From contig OZ281496.1 of assembly GCA_965637545.1 (NCBI GenBank), positions 16,802,001-16,866,000 of the forward strand: 64,000 nucleotides of DNA, given 5' to 3'. Of this stretch, positions 24,561-37,500 are shown in pieces (the first letter of the stretch is position 1; each line of letters opens with the position of its first letter). A model generated the notes under the pieces. That model was given only the letters and a program-made list of their open reading frames with translations. It was not told the DNA's origin and did not search any database. The position numbers were made by a program, and so were the translations under genes. Origin of the DNA: Phallusia mammillata (Eukaryota).

Positions 24561-26559
24561 AATACAGGAAAAACAATTTGCAGATTCTCTCCACGTGTGC
24601 ATTTGAAAAGACGTGGAGCTTGTTACAGAAAATTGGTTTAAAAAAAAGTGAAACCGATACGGCTAAAATTTAAAAAAGAAAAAGGCAAACTGGCTTTTAT
24701 TCTTCCAAAAATTGCATCAAGCGAATTCGTTTTGAAAATGCACGCCAGTCGGAAAACAACTCCTTAGTCGCCACCCAGGTACTGCCATTTTACATTGTTA
24801 ATCCGGAAAAGGCACGTTTTAGTTTATCCTTGACTCAAATTACCAATCACATTTGGAAACAAATATCGTTCAATAAAACAACTATTAAAGAAAAAGCACT
24901 TGTAACATCTGATCATCGAAAGTTGTCTCGGATCGATTTATGTTCGCTCTGTTTGTTTCCCAGCGACACTACACTGTAAATCAAAAAGATGGAGTTTACA
25001 AAACCCGAGGGGTGGTCCCAAATTTTCCAGCTGTTTTTGCATCGCTTGCTTAATTTAACAACTGCAGTCACGTTATTAGCTTAAAAAGGTTTCAACTTTC
25101 TCAATTCAGCATAAAAGTATCTTAGCAATGGAATATATCATACTGTTTTTCTTTAGCATAGCAGACAAAAAAAATCGTACAAACATAGTACACATCAGCG
25201 TGGCTTTGCGAACTCCCAACTGGGCTAAAATGCCAGCTGTTACGCATAGGCCTACACGATGTAATTTAGACAGGAATCGGTTGTGCAGCTGCGACGCACG
25301 TTCCCGTGTTACAGGATGCAATTTAGCAGTTTGACATCAGAGCACACAGCAAGAGAAATTCTGCAGTGCTAGTCAAAATTTCTGAAATCTGCAAAACTCA
25401 CCATTGCAACTATTATTCGTCAGTATCCGCAAAACCCGCTTTAGCAGAAGAACAAGTAACTTTTTGCTTTTGGGGAATTCAAGCTGATGAAGTGCAAGGA
25501 ACGGTACACTGACTACCGAACGCATTTGTCGTTATATAATGCATTGCATCTACAATGTCAGGCCAGGGACCGGGCCTGTTCGTACTTGCTCGTTAAGCAA
25601 GTCCTCTCCAGGGAGGAGCAATGTTGGGTTTAAAACCAACATGTTTGATTACAACAAACTATAATCGGTTTCCTAACAACCTGAAACAAGACGTCGTGCA
25701 ATTCGCCCTCAGGACAGGTCAATTTACTAACCAACGCGAGAGATCTCTGTGACGCAAACGTTGCCAAATTAAGCTACAAAATGTCGTGCTTCAAATGAAC
25801 GATAGCCCGCTAATTCTGTTTAATTGTGTAACTTTCATCATTCTCTTGTATTGGCGCTTTTCATGTAATCGCCCTTTCTTGCGTTCACATCTACGACATA
25901 GTATTTATGTGGTCCCTTTCGTTACGAAAGGGAGAGTGTTATCCTCGGGCAGTCGTCCAGCGTGTATGCTTGACTGATTGCCCTGTTGTTGCCTGTGATG
26001 TTGTACGCTTGTTGAATGCAGTTTCTTTAGAACTGGATGCCAGATTACTGTGGTTTTGGCAGTTGTATGTATTAGCATTATGTCTTGTATATAATAATTG
26101 TTTGTGTGTTTACTTTTATTAAAATCACTTGGTGGAGTGGAACTAGGTTTGGTTTATAGACAGGTTTATCTTCATAAAGTAATTTAACTTTAACTAAAGT
26201 TAGTTGTTACACAAAAAGCAATAAGCGAATTAGTGAACTCACGCACTAATAGAATAAACTAGATAATATAATCTACATTAACGTAAGATTATACTTTAAA
26301 ATTAGTGGCGTTTTTGTGATAGCTCAAATAGTTAATTTAGACTAAAAAGGCTACCTAGAAACGTTACAGCATTCTTCACAAATATACCTAATAGCATATA
26401 ACTTCACACTGCATATCGTACCCCCTGCTTTGGTGCTTCGTACCCCCAAGGAGTACACGTACCCCTGGTTAAGAACCCCTCCCCTAAAGTTTGACAAAAA
26501 CGAGTATTTGTATTGTACTTACAAAAATACCTTCGTCGAACCCCGGTTAAGAACCACTG

Positions 26560-27215
26560 ACTTAAGCCAATTGCAGGTTCCATTTATAACCTGGATGTTA
26601 GACAAGAGGTATGCAAAAAACACATTGACGAAGCTGTGCATTGAAGTCCATTGAGATGCTTAGAAGAGGAAAATGTAAAGGCAAGAATTTTGTTCCGTAA
26701 AATAAGGTAGTGACACCAACACACAATGCTGCATACTTACTTGACCCTACATTTCAAGGTCAGGAGCTGACATATGTGGAGTTTGATGAACCATGTGATG
26801 TAATTAACACTGTTGCAAATTGTAAAGGAAGCTCGTGCAACGATGAAGTAATTGCACAAATTGGAAATTTTAGAGCAAGAAGTGGCATATTTGCCAGAAA
26901 AATAATGTGGAACGCAATTTCTTCCGTCCAAGCAAACCGCTTCAAACATAGCTCCCTTATTGTTATTTAAGTAAAGTAGCTGAAATACTACTTTCACTTG
27001 CGAGCAAGCTCTTGTGCTGAGCGCAACTGGTCTCTCTGGGGGAAATATACACACAAAAATCGGACTTAAAACATCAACAGTTGGCAAACTGATTGGAGTA
27101 TACCACAATCTTAGGCTACTTAAAAATTTCGAAGAACCAAAACCCTTGTCTCCAGTGGATCCGGAGTCAGATACTGGTGATGACTTCGAGAATTCAGATA
27201 GTGACAAAAGTTATG
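26560..27215 (+). pseudogene. hAT transposase C-terminal (dimerisation) fragment
   Basis: AAYLLDP, SSCAERNWS..IHTK, KLIGVYHNL. Confidence 0.75.
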
Positions 27216-27639
27216 ATGAGAATTATATATATTTTTACTTGCTACTAAATTTCGTTAATAAACTTGTTGGCTTACCTTGGTGGTTGTTGTGATGTTTGGT
27301 GGTTGTAGTACTGGAAAAAACTAGAAGGGTGGCTTAGCACATACTGCCCTTGCACATACACTATAACCTATTTGAAAAAAATAATATATTCCCTACAGTT
27401 ATTTTATATTGGGTCCCATATCACACACTGTCTTTTATAACATTAGTTGTTTCTGCAGGCAGAAACTCATGGGTCCCCACACATGCAATGTTGTAAATAA
27501 TTCATTTCAACAAATAACCATGTGAATATTTGGTATTGTAAGGTCAAACACAATGATTGGTACTGAGCATAAATAAACATGCTATGTGGAGTGCAAACTA
27601 TCAAAATTTTCTTCCATTCGGTCATTTTTAAAGGTTTTT

Positions 27640-28560
27640 CTATTGTATGTTCTATCTTAAAAATGAAGGGGTAAATAGCGAAAAATTAGACTAAAACACA
27701 ACAATCAGCTGCTATTATTGGAAATTGCACAAGCTGTCCTAATTTCATTCAATTCAGACATTGTTAAAAAAATTGTCCTATTTTGGGGGGCAAGTGGCGT
27801 AAATGTTTGGGCTACAGGGTTAAACACAAGAATCAACACCTATAAATGGCATACTCTACAAGCTTTCCAAATTTTATCCAATTCAGACATTGTTTAAAAA
27901 ATTCCCCCTTTTTAGGGGGCTAGCGGGTAAATGTTGGGGCTACAGGTTGGAAAACAACAATCAACACCTAACAATGGCACAATGGACAAACTGTCCAAAT
28001 TTCATCCCAATCGAACAATACTTAAACAATTCACCCTTTTTGGGGGGCTAGTGGGGTAAATAGTTGGTCTCTACTCCAAAACTAAAAAAATATCAAACCA
28101 CAATAACCCAATCCACAGTCCTGTAATTTTTTGTCCAAATCGGCAAATGTTTGAACATTTGGTCACTGGAGGGGCTTTTGAGCAACAACCGTTGATGCCT
28201 CTGACGTCATAAGGCTGTTAACACCCCCTGACTGTCGACTGCAAAAACATCCACCAAACAACCCACAAACATTAGTAGTGTATATATGGTTGGTTTTATA
28301 ACATCACACAAAACTAACGTGTGTGGTGCGCACCAACCACATTTTACATTTTGGGGCTAGCGGGGTAAATACTGGGGTTATCATGACAAACGAAGCAGAT
28401 GACACATCTACATAACTATATCTACCATCTGTGAAAGTTTCATCCAAATCCATCAAACATTTCAAGGCAAAAAGGGGTGGACAAACTTCAGGGAAGAAAA
28501 AAAAAAAAAAGAAATCGAGTAAAATCAAGATGTGTCCCCTTCAAGGAAGGGGACCCATAA
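27640..28560. mobile_element. Non-autonomous element with internal imperfect tandem repeats and terminal hairpin (Helentron/DINE-like)
   Basis: Recurrent TTTCATCCAA..CCCTTTTTGGGGG..GTAAA..GGGCTAC units; hairpin GTCCCCTTC-AAG-GAAGGGGAC at 28534-28554. Confidence 0.45.
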
Positions 28561-28923
28561 TTACTACTGCCAAATAGTATTGCTTATATGGGCATGATGA
28601 TGCAAAGATTGTTATTGATGGACAAAAACAATTGTACTTGAAAACGTTCATATCTTTTATTTAAGGTAAAAATCAAAGTTTATTCTTAACTTAAATTGCA
28701 TTTTGATAGTTTGTATTTGACCGATCAAATGCCCAACGCTAAGCGAAACACATGTTGATTTTGTCAATCAATACAAACTTGCTTCGGCACTGTTAAAGTA
28801 GTTTGTAAAAGCCATTTGCGACTGAACACGCAACGCAATTGTCACCACGCCACGAATCAACTGTGGGATATCAACTCGAATGCAGAAACTCGGTAACTTA
28901 TGCACTCTTATGGTAACTTAAGG

Positions 28924-29389
28924 CAGTGCTTCCCAACCTTTTTTTAACGCGACCCAAATACTTACCAAAATTTAGTTTTGTGGTTTCTCGCGACCCATGG
29001 ACATGCTATTTTAGTTGTATTTTTGTCTGTAAGTTGGGAACGCTTTTTAAAAATTACTACGCCAGTTTAGCAAATCAATAACCTTATAACGAACAAACGC
29101 TGTTGTTTTTTACGACCAAACATTTCCATTTATTCCGAACTTGGAGCTAACGAGGCATTATTAGCCAGACAACACTCTTCTGTAAGCTAACACATCACTT
29201 TATGACGTCACAAACAGTTTTAACCATTGTCAAGACAAGTTGTGATGAAGTTGTTATTGGGGAACAATTTAAAGCCCTGAGGTAATATAAAAGTAACGCT
29301 ACTAGGCGTCAAAAAGTAGATGCTGTAATTTTCACTAAAACAAGCGACCCAACAGAATGTTCAGGCGACCCATAGGTTGGGAACCACTG
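28924..29389. mobile_element. hAT MITE, older
   Basis: TIRs CAGTGCTTCCCAACCT / AGGTTGGGAACCACTG; TSD degraded. Confidence 0.75.
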
Positions 29390-29745
29390 ATTTTAAGTTT
29401 AAAATACGCGGATTATATAGCGTTCAGGTCACATGTCGTTATATGTTGTAAAACAGGTATAATTGTAAAACACGTACGGCCGAGAATATTAACTGAGTTC
29501 TAAACCGTAATTATTCGTTAATTGCTTTACAGAAACGTCAAATGTAACAAGGCTGGAAGCCAAATAAGACGTGGTTCCCGTTAACACGTAACTTAGAGAT
29601 ACAACGATAGCCTTAAGCAGTAATTGACCGGTGCAGTAATAAGAAAAAAAGGTTTAATAGCTGGTCAAGCTTTTGTGTCGAAAAAAGGCGGCGAGGTTTG
29701 ACCGGGGCAAATGCGTCACGATAATTACATGCAAAATGTTTTGAA

Positions 29746-30110
29746 TTAAAAGTCCAAGGTCCGATACATCACTCTCTCCGTCCCGTGAAATGTTTTCCGG
29801 AACAGATTCTTCTGGATGATGTCTTCCAAATTAGATCTATCATTGTCTGTTTGTTCCTTCCCTTTTGACTCTTCGTGCTCCAAAATCAAAATGTGGTTCG
29901 TGCGGAAATTGTTGTGTCCATTTGACGTTCTTGCTTGATGGATATCACGCTGTGTGGTGATAAATTGTTTGTAGTTGTTGGTGAACTCCGGTTGACGAAG
30001 TTGTTTATATTTTCGAACGACATCGTACAAATGGAGATGCGTAGAGCGATTTGATCCGGTGAGATTGGAACAGTTGAATTTGTACGTTTATGTCCTTGAA
30101 TGTCCAAAAT
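29746..30110 (-). pseudogene. Orphan coding-like island (94-aa ORF plus frameshifted upstream piece)
   Basis: Open frame LYDVVRKYKQL..RTLDF; no family recognised. Confidence 0.3.
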
Positions 30111-30985
30111 TCCAACTCAAGATTTGCGCGGCAAAATATTCACAACAATGATTATATAAGGGCATTTTAAAAAAAAGGGATATAATGATAATTTTTACAA
30201 GTGTATATATACAATACAGTTAATTAGGCGCAAATTCTAAGTACTACGTAGGTTTTTGGTATACAAATAAAAATAGTTTTGCCATTTGACAAGTGTTTCT
30301 GCTTCGAATTTTTGTAAAGAAATTAAACGAGCTGTTCGTAGTTTTCAGGGTTGGCTAAGCTTTTTTACGGTTTGACGTGTAGCATGCTGGCGTCTTGATT
30401 TTACATGTGAAATGTGGCCATACAGCTTCCCACGTGTAAGTTTGGAAAGTTTTGCAGTGCATTTGAAATCTGCAGTTGTGAGTTGGTGAGTCGCTTTATG
30501 TTGTGTTACTCTCGCCATAATCTGACATGCATCTTTGACAGATTATTATACTTTCGCGCTGCCGTCGAGGCAAGGTAAAGGTTTTTAGGCAATCAATCTC
30601 GCTTGAGTTGCAATTGCTTCAGCAGTGCTGCTTTGAGCAATGCTCATTGTATTATGAGATTCAATATTAATCATTGGCTTGGCGTTCTATGAACGCTGGC
30701 GCTAGTGTCAAGGGCTATTTGCATCTATGCCGCTTAATCGCTGTAGCATTCTCCTGCATTTTTCCTTAGCATGTTTAACTGATTAAACACAATTTCATAT
30801 TTATCGTTTTGGTTTCACAGATAGTCATGTCAAATCTAAAATTATTTTTATACAGTGTCAACCTACTGGGTACTTAGAGTGAATATTATGATCGTTTTTT
30901 TTTTCTTTCTTTCAATATCAATATAATTGTTATACAACTGAGGGTCATGTCCGTTTAAGCTAACTTAGGGTACAAGGGCTGTGCC

Positions 30986-31444
30986 TTATACTTCGTCAGC
31001 TAGATTATTACCGTCCGGTTGTTTATTTTTTCCCGCGTCCTTTAGCTCCATCAATTTGTCCGATCCAAGTCTGCCGTAGACCTTGACGACCCATCCGGCG
31101 AGCAAAACTCCCCATATTCCTGCTAAAATGTATGTAACTACGAAGATGAAACATAAAAATGGCGAGGATATTGAGCTGATCAAATGCAGAAGTGCGTTCT
31201 TCGAAGCTGCTTCCAGGGTTGAGTAAAAATATGAAGTGTCCGCTTCTGTTGTAGGATCAGTGTTGCTGTCGATGAACTGGTAAAGTTTATGGTTTGTTAG
31301 GCGTGACTGGCTTAGAAGCGCCAACATTGAATTTAAATCTTCGAAACCGCTACTCGGTCGTGGTAAATTATCTTCGTACTGTTGAAAATCCGAAGGGTTG
31401 TAAAGTCGGCCAAAACATGTCTGAAAGGCTAGTGCATCTGCCAT
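30986..31444 (-). CDS. Orphan 152-aa ORF with a C-terminal hydrophobic (TM-like) segment
   Basis: ATG start in good context, uninterrupted in AT-rich DNA; FLCFIFVVTYILAGIWGVLLAGWVV. Confidence 0.45.
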   Translation of the reverse strand: MADALAFQTCFGRLYNPSDFQQYEDNLPRPSSGFEDLNSMLALLSQSRLTNHKLYQFIDSNTDPTTEADTSYFYSTLEAASKNALLHLISSISSPFLCFIFVVTYILAGIWGVLLAGWVVKVYGRLGSDKLMELKDAGKNKQPDGNNLADEV

Positions 31445-31929
31445 TTAACAAGTTATGGGTTCAGGTATAGCATATTCCCCTTTAAATAAAGCTTCATGAC
31501 AGAGTTTAAATTACAATGCAATGTGCATACTCAGAAAACAAAAGTTCCGCACTCTGCAAATTTTGTTTCCGTTAAATTATTTGTGAAAGTGGCAGATTTT
31601 CTGAAAAATTTTCTTTAGTTTATTCTCAGGTAAAACTTGGGTTGAAATGAATGTTTCTGAACTAATTGGGAGGGGAAAATTTTGCAATTACCACACAACC
31701 AGGAAACGTTTTTCTTAGCCACGTTTTTAGGAATCCCTATCTTGACACACCCTGGATGATACCAGTCTTCGCACATACTACTCTACGACTTACTCCTCGT
31801 CGTAAGCTCAACGACAAATACAGTATACAGGACTCTGAAAACTCTCACTGTTGCACTTTGAAATACTTTTCCTCTTAACTAAGGCTTTCTTCTGAACTGT
31901 TGTCTTTTGAATCCACCATGACTCCACTT

Positions 31930-33040
31930 TTCGCCGACTTGCACGTTTCCTTGAGGAACACCCAAACACACAGCGGCTGCAAACATTGACAAAATTTCCA
32001 TAATTCTTTGATTGTTAGGTAACACCAGGAAAAATACACCTTAGCTGTTTATGTTCACATGAAACAAGTTTGGATAAAATGAACTGATCGTAACGGCTAT
32101 ACTGCGCTTTAGGGGCGCTGATATAAACATCAATCGTTTATTTGTTTGGTGAAAAAATGTTAGATACAGTTACCCAGTGATTTCCGTGTGCATTGACGAT
32201 TTGGACAAACAATTTTGTGGGCGTGTATACCGGGTTATTATCCGCAAACTTGAAAGGCAACTCCGAAACCCATAACATTCGGAAACTGCTGTGCCAACAT
32301 GTACATTGCCTAGTCGATGTGCGAATCACCTAACCATTCATCTGCTTGCAGCGAGCATGCAGACCCTTGAACCTTCTTCCCTGCCACCTGGTTCTTTTTA
32401 ACTGTTGCTGATTCTTCCATAATACCCTGCGTTCTATCGTCTTTCGTAAAGTTTTGCTCGACTCTGTTTGCACCTTCACAAACATGTCGGAATAATTTTT
32501 GTGAGCAAGTGTGTCCCCGTGTCGCCCGAGCATCAATCCTGTACGAAGCGCAATTTTCGGAAGATTGTATTAAATGTTTCCAAAAGTTCTGGACAAAAAA
32601 ATCATGGGTTGGAACCTTACCGTCTGACTGTACGTTGCCTTTAGCCCGTGTGATTACTTTTTGTAAGTTATTAAACCATGAATCGGACATTACAGCCAAA
32701 GTTTTGCCAAACGGGACATCGTTGCTTGCCCCCGAAACGGTTTTCTCTTCCGAAAAGGTAGCCTCACTATTGCGGCTAACTTACTGCTGCAAAATCTTCC
32801 AGCTGCCCTCTGCGTGAAGCGCGTCTCCGTTGTAAACAAAGTTTTCATATGATACACAATTTGTTATATTTCCACCATGGATTCTGCACAAGTAAGTAGG
32901 TCCATTATATACATGACTTCCTGTCAACTTTTTTTGACTAAACTCACCTTTTTCATGTTCTTCGTGGTGTGGCTGCCACACAAATGCAGAAATAGCTTTG
33001 CAAGCATTTCTCCCTGTTACAACATGAAAACAACTAGACA
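31930..33040 (-). pseudogene. Transposon-derived ORF remnant with Ulp1/SENP-like protease motifs
   Basis: WLGDSHID..LAQQFP and FVQIVNAHGNHWVTVSNI, followed by a Cys-rich tail. Confidence 0.45.
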
Positions 33041-34859
33041 AATAGGTTTCAAAACTTTCCTCAAAAACTTAGCCAAAACAGATTGAATTAGGGGAACACT
33101 ACCGTCGCAAATTGAAAGTCTGGGCCGCGTTTTCCCACAAATTTTGTTCGCGTCGCTTTTAAAAAAAACGATAAAATGTTTAAAAGATGTTGCACTGTTA
33201 GAATTCGCGATATACGTTCCTACAGCAATCGGTGCGCTACGCTTGTTTTAATGGCGTACGACGATTTCATACGCGTAAAATGTTTTTCATTGGCAACACC
33301 TGTGATTATACATTCCTGTTGCATCAATGTACGCTGCATAAAACTCTGTCCTGAAAAATTTGCCTGGCCATTTTCTTAACACACCTGAAAGCTTTTTTCA
33401 GACACTGTTTTCTTTCGGCCTATGACATTTTTTTGCAACGCCTTAATCTCGCTTTTATCTGAAACCTGTGTATTTTTGGCTTAATGGCGTGTTTTCATTA
33501 ACACTGTCTCATTTGAGGTTGATTTGCTGTTTCCTGACTCAAAAACATCCTGAGCCAGTTTATTAATGCTTTCCTAATATTGATCACGATCTGTAGCATG
33601 TCGCCAGGGTTTTTTCAAGTCAGCGCGATGCGAACCTTTCCAGGGACAAGCCACAAATGTATTCATTCGGTGTTTTATTCCAAATCTTTTGAATCACCGA
33701 GTTTATTTCTCTAATGAAGTGGCAGTATGCCACAGCAAAACACCTGCCATAAAACAAATTGTTTATTCGCAAAATAAACTTTAATACGCATCTAAAAGAG
33801 TTTGGCAATAGAACTAAAAATGTTACTACCTTGGCACCAGGGTTAGGAATTCGGTCTTCTTAACCAGGCGTTCAATACTCGGAATCAGTCTCCCGAGGTT
33901 TGTCCTAATTTAACCGGGATTTCGCAGTACGTTGTTGGGTTCCAAGGACCAACACCACAATATCGACCCGGAACGAGAGCCCCATCTTGCAGCTCAACAA
34001 TTCCATAACCGATGGTTCCTCCGGGAATGTTTACCGCTGCAAAATCGAATTCCTTGCGTTGCGGTCCGACGTAAACAGCACGCTTCGCTTCCTGGTTCGG
34101 GAATGATCCATTCAACCCGCTTTCCGGAGACGCCTTTGCGGTAATCAACATGCGACATCCTCGATCCACAAGGTGCTTTCATTCCAGAAACCTGAAAGCA
34201 AATTTTATGATAAAATAATTTAATCAAACTAAATGTACATTTACTTACACAAAGCATCTGGTTGCTTGTCATTGTTGTGATAAAAACCTACTGACCAGGG
34301 TAAAAACCGCTGGACATCTGCATTGTTCTTCAAAGTTTCTTTGTCAAATGTTTAAATAAACAAAAAGTTGTTTTGCAAAAGTTCTCAAAGAGAATAGAAC
34401 GTCTTTGTTTGTTCAGCAAACATATAACATTGCCCTTACGATTACGCTCAAACTATGATTAAGGAACTTTGACCGCCTCGGAGCATAGTGATAGCAGGGT
34501 TCCCGCGGGCATGGTAAGCCTGGAAAAGTTTTGAAAAAAGCCAACTTTTGCAAAAGTCCTTGAAAAAGTATGGAATTAATGGTTGGTAAATTGGCTAAAT
34601 ATTCCTAAGTCTCTTATCTGGTTTTACTATGGGAATTGCTCGATTTTTTTTCGATTAAGGCTATGGAAATTCGTTTTTTTTTGGGGGGGGGAACCCTGTG
34701 ATAGAAAACAATAGCGCCGCGCTCGCCAGGAATCGCATCACGCCGTGAACCAGGAGCCAAGGTGCAAGTAAAGACCCCTGACCTAGAAAAAAAGTCTAAA
34801 TCTGACCTGTATACAAGTCTGTACACGCCGCAAGCCATACAAATTTTTAATAAAAATAT

Positions 34860-35260
34860 ATTTTTTTAAATATTTTTGTTACGCCAATGAGTCAAATGTG
34901 GTTGCTATTTCTGGATTTCATGGCCTTATCAGCATCGCGTTAGGTAATATTTCTGTGGTGAAGCTTATTACACAACGATTTTCCATAATTTCGTGGAGTG
35001 GCCAATAATCCTTTTATCAGGGTGAACATCACCAAAGCGACAAGCAGTAAAGATGAAACATTTCATCTTTACGAAACGAGGCAAAACAAGCATTTGGTTC
35101 ATAACAAATTACGCAGTAAATATGGGTTACAACAAGTTCGTGTTTTAAATACCATTGTAAAAGGGGAGCAGCAATTAAAATTTTGTCAACCTTCATGCTT
35201 CCAATCAGGCATTGGCGTTCAGGCACGCATAAATCCACCCATATCCTGACGTGATACCCT
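34860..35260 (-). pseudogene. Maverick/Polinton polB, central/C-terminal remnant
   Basis: LIGSMKVDKILIAAPLLQWYLKHELVVTHIY..YEPNACF. Confidence 0.7.
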
Positions 35261-35414
35261 AATGTTTTTAAATATGGGACATTTCTTCGTAATATTTACG
35301 TTGATGGGAAGGCACAGAAATGTCACATTCGACTAACAACTTTTTCACAATTTCTTACAAAAGGAATTTCAGTATGTGACATGGGTTGTTCTGCCAAAAA
35401 TGCACACACCCTAG

Positions 35415-35800
35415 TCCCAGCAAACAATTTAACGTCGTGGCAACGTTGCGTAATGGCTTTTTAAAACTACCAAAAACGTTTGCTGTGACGTTATAAAAAA
35501 CATAAAGTTCCATTTTCGTTTTAATTACGTTTAAACAAACGCACGTTTATTCACTATAATAACGTTTAAAACAACGATTACACAACGTTTCAGTTTGCCG
35601 TTTTTGTTACGTTAATTTAACGGTTGTTAAAACGAAGATTGTCACGTCAACTGGCGGTTCAAGTTTAGGTTGTCCTAACGTCACTCGTATCGTTTTCCTC
35701 ACGTTGTTCAAATGAGTTGTGCGAACGACATTATGTGGACTCCCATTGACGTTTCTATAACGATTACTGCAACGTTGTACGCACACCAATTTTTATTTAA
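35415..35800. repeat. AACGTT-rich subterminal region of a DNA transposon (begins CCCAGCAAAC)
   Basis: Dense AACGT/ACGTT motifs; a similar tract lies at 38330-38520. Confidence 0.4.
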
Positions 35801-35899
35801 TACAAACAAACGAAATTAAGGCTGCATCGATTTGAAATTAAACATCATTTTCTTCGTCTGACGAAAAAAAAGGACAGTGGGTGTGCCAGAAGAACTTGA

Positions 35900-37500
35900 A
35901 CTTGAGATGTTCATGTCAGCCTGTCTATTCTAAAACACAAAAATGGTTTAAGATTACAAAACAAATAACTATATAGTAATGTATCACTTGTAGTATCTGT
36001 GTATAAAAAGTGTGTTAATAAACTAGAAGGGTATATTAGCACATATTGCACAACATACAACGTTAGTGTATAAAGCTACATTCTGGTGATGGCAAGGGAA
36101 CTAAAAGGGGGAGTGGGCAAATTGAAAGCAACTAATTGATTTACGAACTGTATCTATCAGCTGTGAAAGTTTAATGCAACTCACTCGAGCAGTTTAAATC
36201 AAGGGTGAAAAATTAAAAAAATATCTGTGTACCTTATAGTTAATTCCACCAGGCTTGTATGGTGCATGCTTCAAAAATTCTTTTATCTCCACCTCAACTG
36301 CACTGGCTTGAGTTCTTTGTTAGAACGTAGTGCACTTTCTAAGAATCACAAATCCATATTTTCAGTTTTGCAACCAGTTTCAAATTTTTTCGCCGGCAAA
36401 ATGCTTACTTAAAATAACTTTACACATAACAGTTCCACAAAAAGCCTCCTTTCCTTTTCTTCCTTTATAGCTATACTGTGACCATAAACCATACGAACCA
36501 ACAGCCTTCATCATACGCCGCACATTGTCTCCAACACTGGTCCCTCCAATATTGGTTAAATATTTGACCTATGTGATAAATTGATTTGCATTCAGGGCAG
36601 TTTGTATGTAAACAAGACACATGTACTACCAGTGATTTGCATAACTCCTTGTCATGAAGTTGTTATCCAAATCCTTCAATTCCAGTATGGATTCAAGCGG
36701 TCTTTCCAGCATGTCAAATTCCAGGACTTTGCCATCACCATTGTTGGGTATGCTTTGTTTAACTATGTTTGTGAGGTTTGTTTGTAATTCCAATAACATG
36801 TTTAATTTTGCTGCAAAAAATTACAATAATCTGACAAGGACCCACTCAAGTAAACGTGCACATGCATACCATTTATGTTATGAAGAGCACTTTGCTGGAT
36901 TTGCTTTGTTGGTCTTTGTTTGAACTTATATTTGAAGATGTGCTCAAGTTTTTTTTTTCCTTGTTTGCTTCTATGTGTTTGTATCTATCAACTGGAAAGA
37001 AAAAGTTTTAGAAAACAGGTATGGTTTGTACTACATTAGTGCAGAATGTTACCTGGTGGAGAGTATCGACACACTTTTTTTCTTAAACGAACATCTGGCA
37101 CTTCATCATCACTTTCCACATTTGAGGTTAATTCTGCCCTGGCTACCCGTTTCAGTGCAATTTCAAAATCATCTAAAGCATACAGTAGCAGTAAAAAACT
37201 GTTCATTGTCATAAAAGCACAATTTACCTGTAGTTGAGAAAATCCGTATTTCAAAAGTATCTGGAATTTCACCTTTCTTTGCCTTCTGTCTAGCATTTAG
37301 TTTGGGCCAGAAACACTGTGTTGTCTGGAAAATATAAACATGACTGATTTACCATCAGAATACCAAAAAGACAAAAATAATAAAAGATACTTACAGATTC
37401 GCTTTTTTTTTATCCAAGTTGAATGTACAAGTTTGACACTTTGCTCCTTTAAAAATTCCACTATGGCAAACGACATCTGCAAAACAAAATTTAATGAAAA
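35900..37500 (-). pseudogene. Multi-exon DUF4806-type accessory gene (CMC-type transposon)
   Basis: FAIVEFLKEQSVKLVHSTW; AELTSNVESD; IGGTSVGDNVRRMMKAV..LWSQYSYKGRKGKEAF. Confidence 0.55.

Noticed and set aside
25748-26138. Possible solo LTR with a TGGTGGAG (tRNA-Ala-like) PBS
   Set aside because: There is no second copy, TSD or clean CA end; support is insufficient.
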